Positions 63,839-64,000 of a DNA stretch of 64,000 bases are shown here, in pieces. Under the pieces are notes generated by a model. The model did no database searches. It was not told where the DNA came from and saw only the letters and a list, made by a program, of their open reading frames with translations. The position numbers and the translations under genes are program-made. Numbering within the stretch: position 1 is the first letter of the stretch; each line of letters opens with the position of its first letter. Origin of the DNA: a virus; the IMG/VR virus record IMGVR_UViG_3300044858_003398; one strand, written 5' to 3'.

Positions 63839-64000
63839 AAGATGAATCAGTAATCCCAGAGGGGCCATACTGCTACACTAGAGTTGATGGTAAGCGAGTC
63901 AACTGTCCTTTCTGGGGGAGAGACCCATCTCGACCCCAGCAAGAGTCTGGGTTTTGTACGTTCCTAGATCTAAAAGACTGGGAGGACACCTGTGGTGTCC
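63835..64000 (+). CDS. hypothetical Cys-rich protein (partial)
   Basis: GGCGAAGCC-ATG; IPEGPYCY...CPFW. Confidence 0.5.
   Translation, partial: MKDESVIPEGPYCYTRVDGKRVNCPFWGRDPSRPQQESGFCTFLDLKDWEDTCGV

Overview
A 64-kb segment of a large tailed dsDNA phage genome; the host cannot be determined from the sequence. 1-10.5 kb (minus strand) is a head/packaging operon: major capsid, decoration, protease-scaffold, portal, TerL, SPFH, ERCC4 nuclease, PAS protein, HNH and a sigma-like factor. Several of these genes are preceded by a shared SCGTATW late-promoter-like motif. From ~12.1 kb almost everything is plus strand. 13.2-27.6 kb is an array of small-gene/ncRNA modules separated by 14 copies of a ~51-bp element with a fully covarying hairpin. 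Further right lie many small hypothetical genes, Rnl2 RNA ligase, DNA ligase (3' end replaced by an invading HNH cassette), a second sigma-like factor, HicA, DenV, rIIA/rIIB, a macro domain, a vWA-only Ro60/TROVE-like protein, an N-terminal-only DnaE, and HAD and HD enzymes. The RNA content is very rich: about 9 tRNAs (two Ile-UAU), a compact tmRNA (tag AKTFAVAA), a type-P5 twister ribozyme, four circularly permuted (YrlA/Y-RNA-like) tRNA mimics, a Y-RNA-like stem, tRNA shells with inserted domains and many unnamed structured RNAs. Three further dispersed signals are visible: a 13-bp CRGTAAAAGAGAA box (15 exact copies found by eye), palindromic spacers in sigma70 promoters, and a GGC-loop-GCC micro-hairpin abutting start codons. 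All family assignments come from motif recognition by eye, not from database searches.
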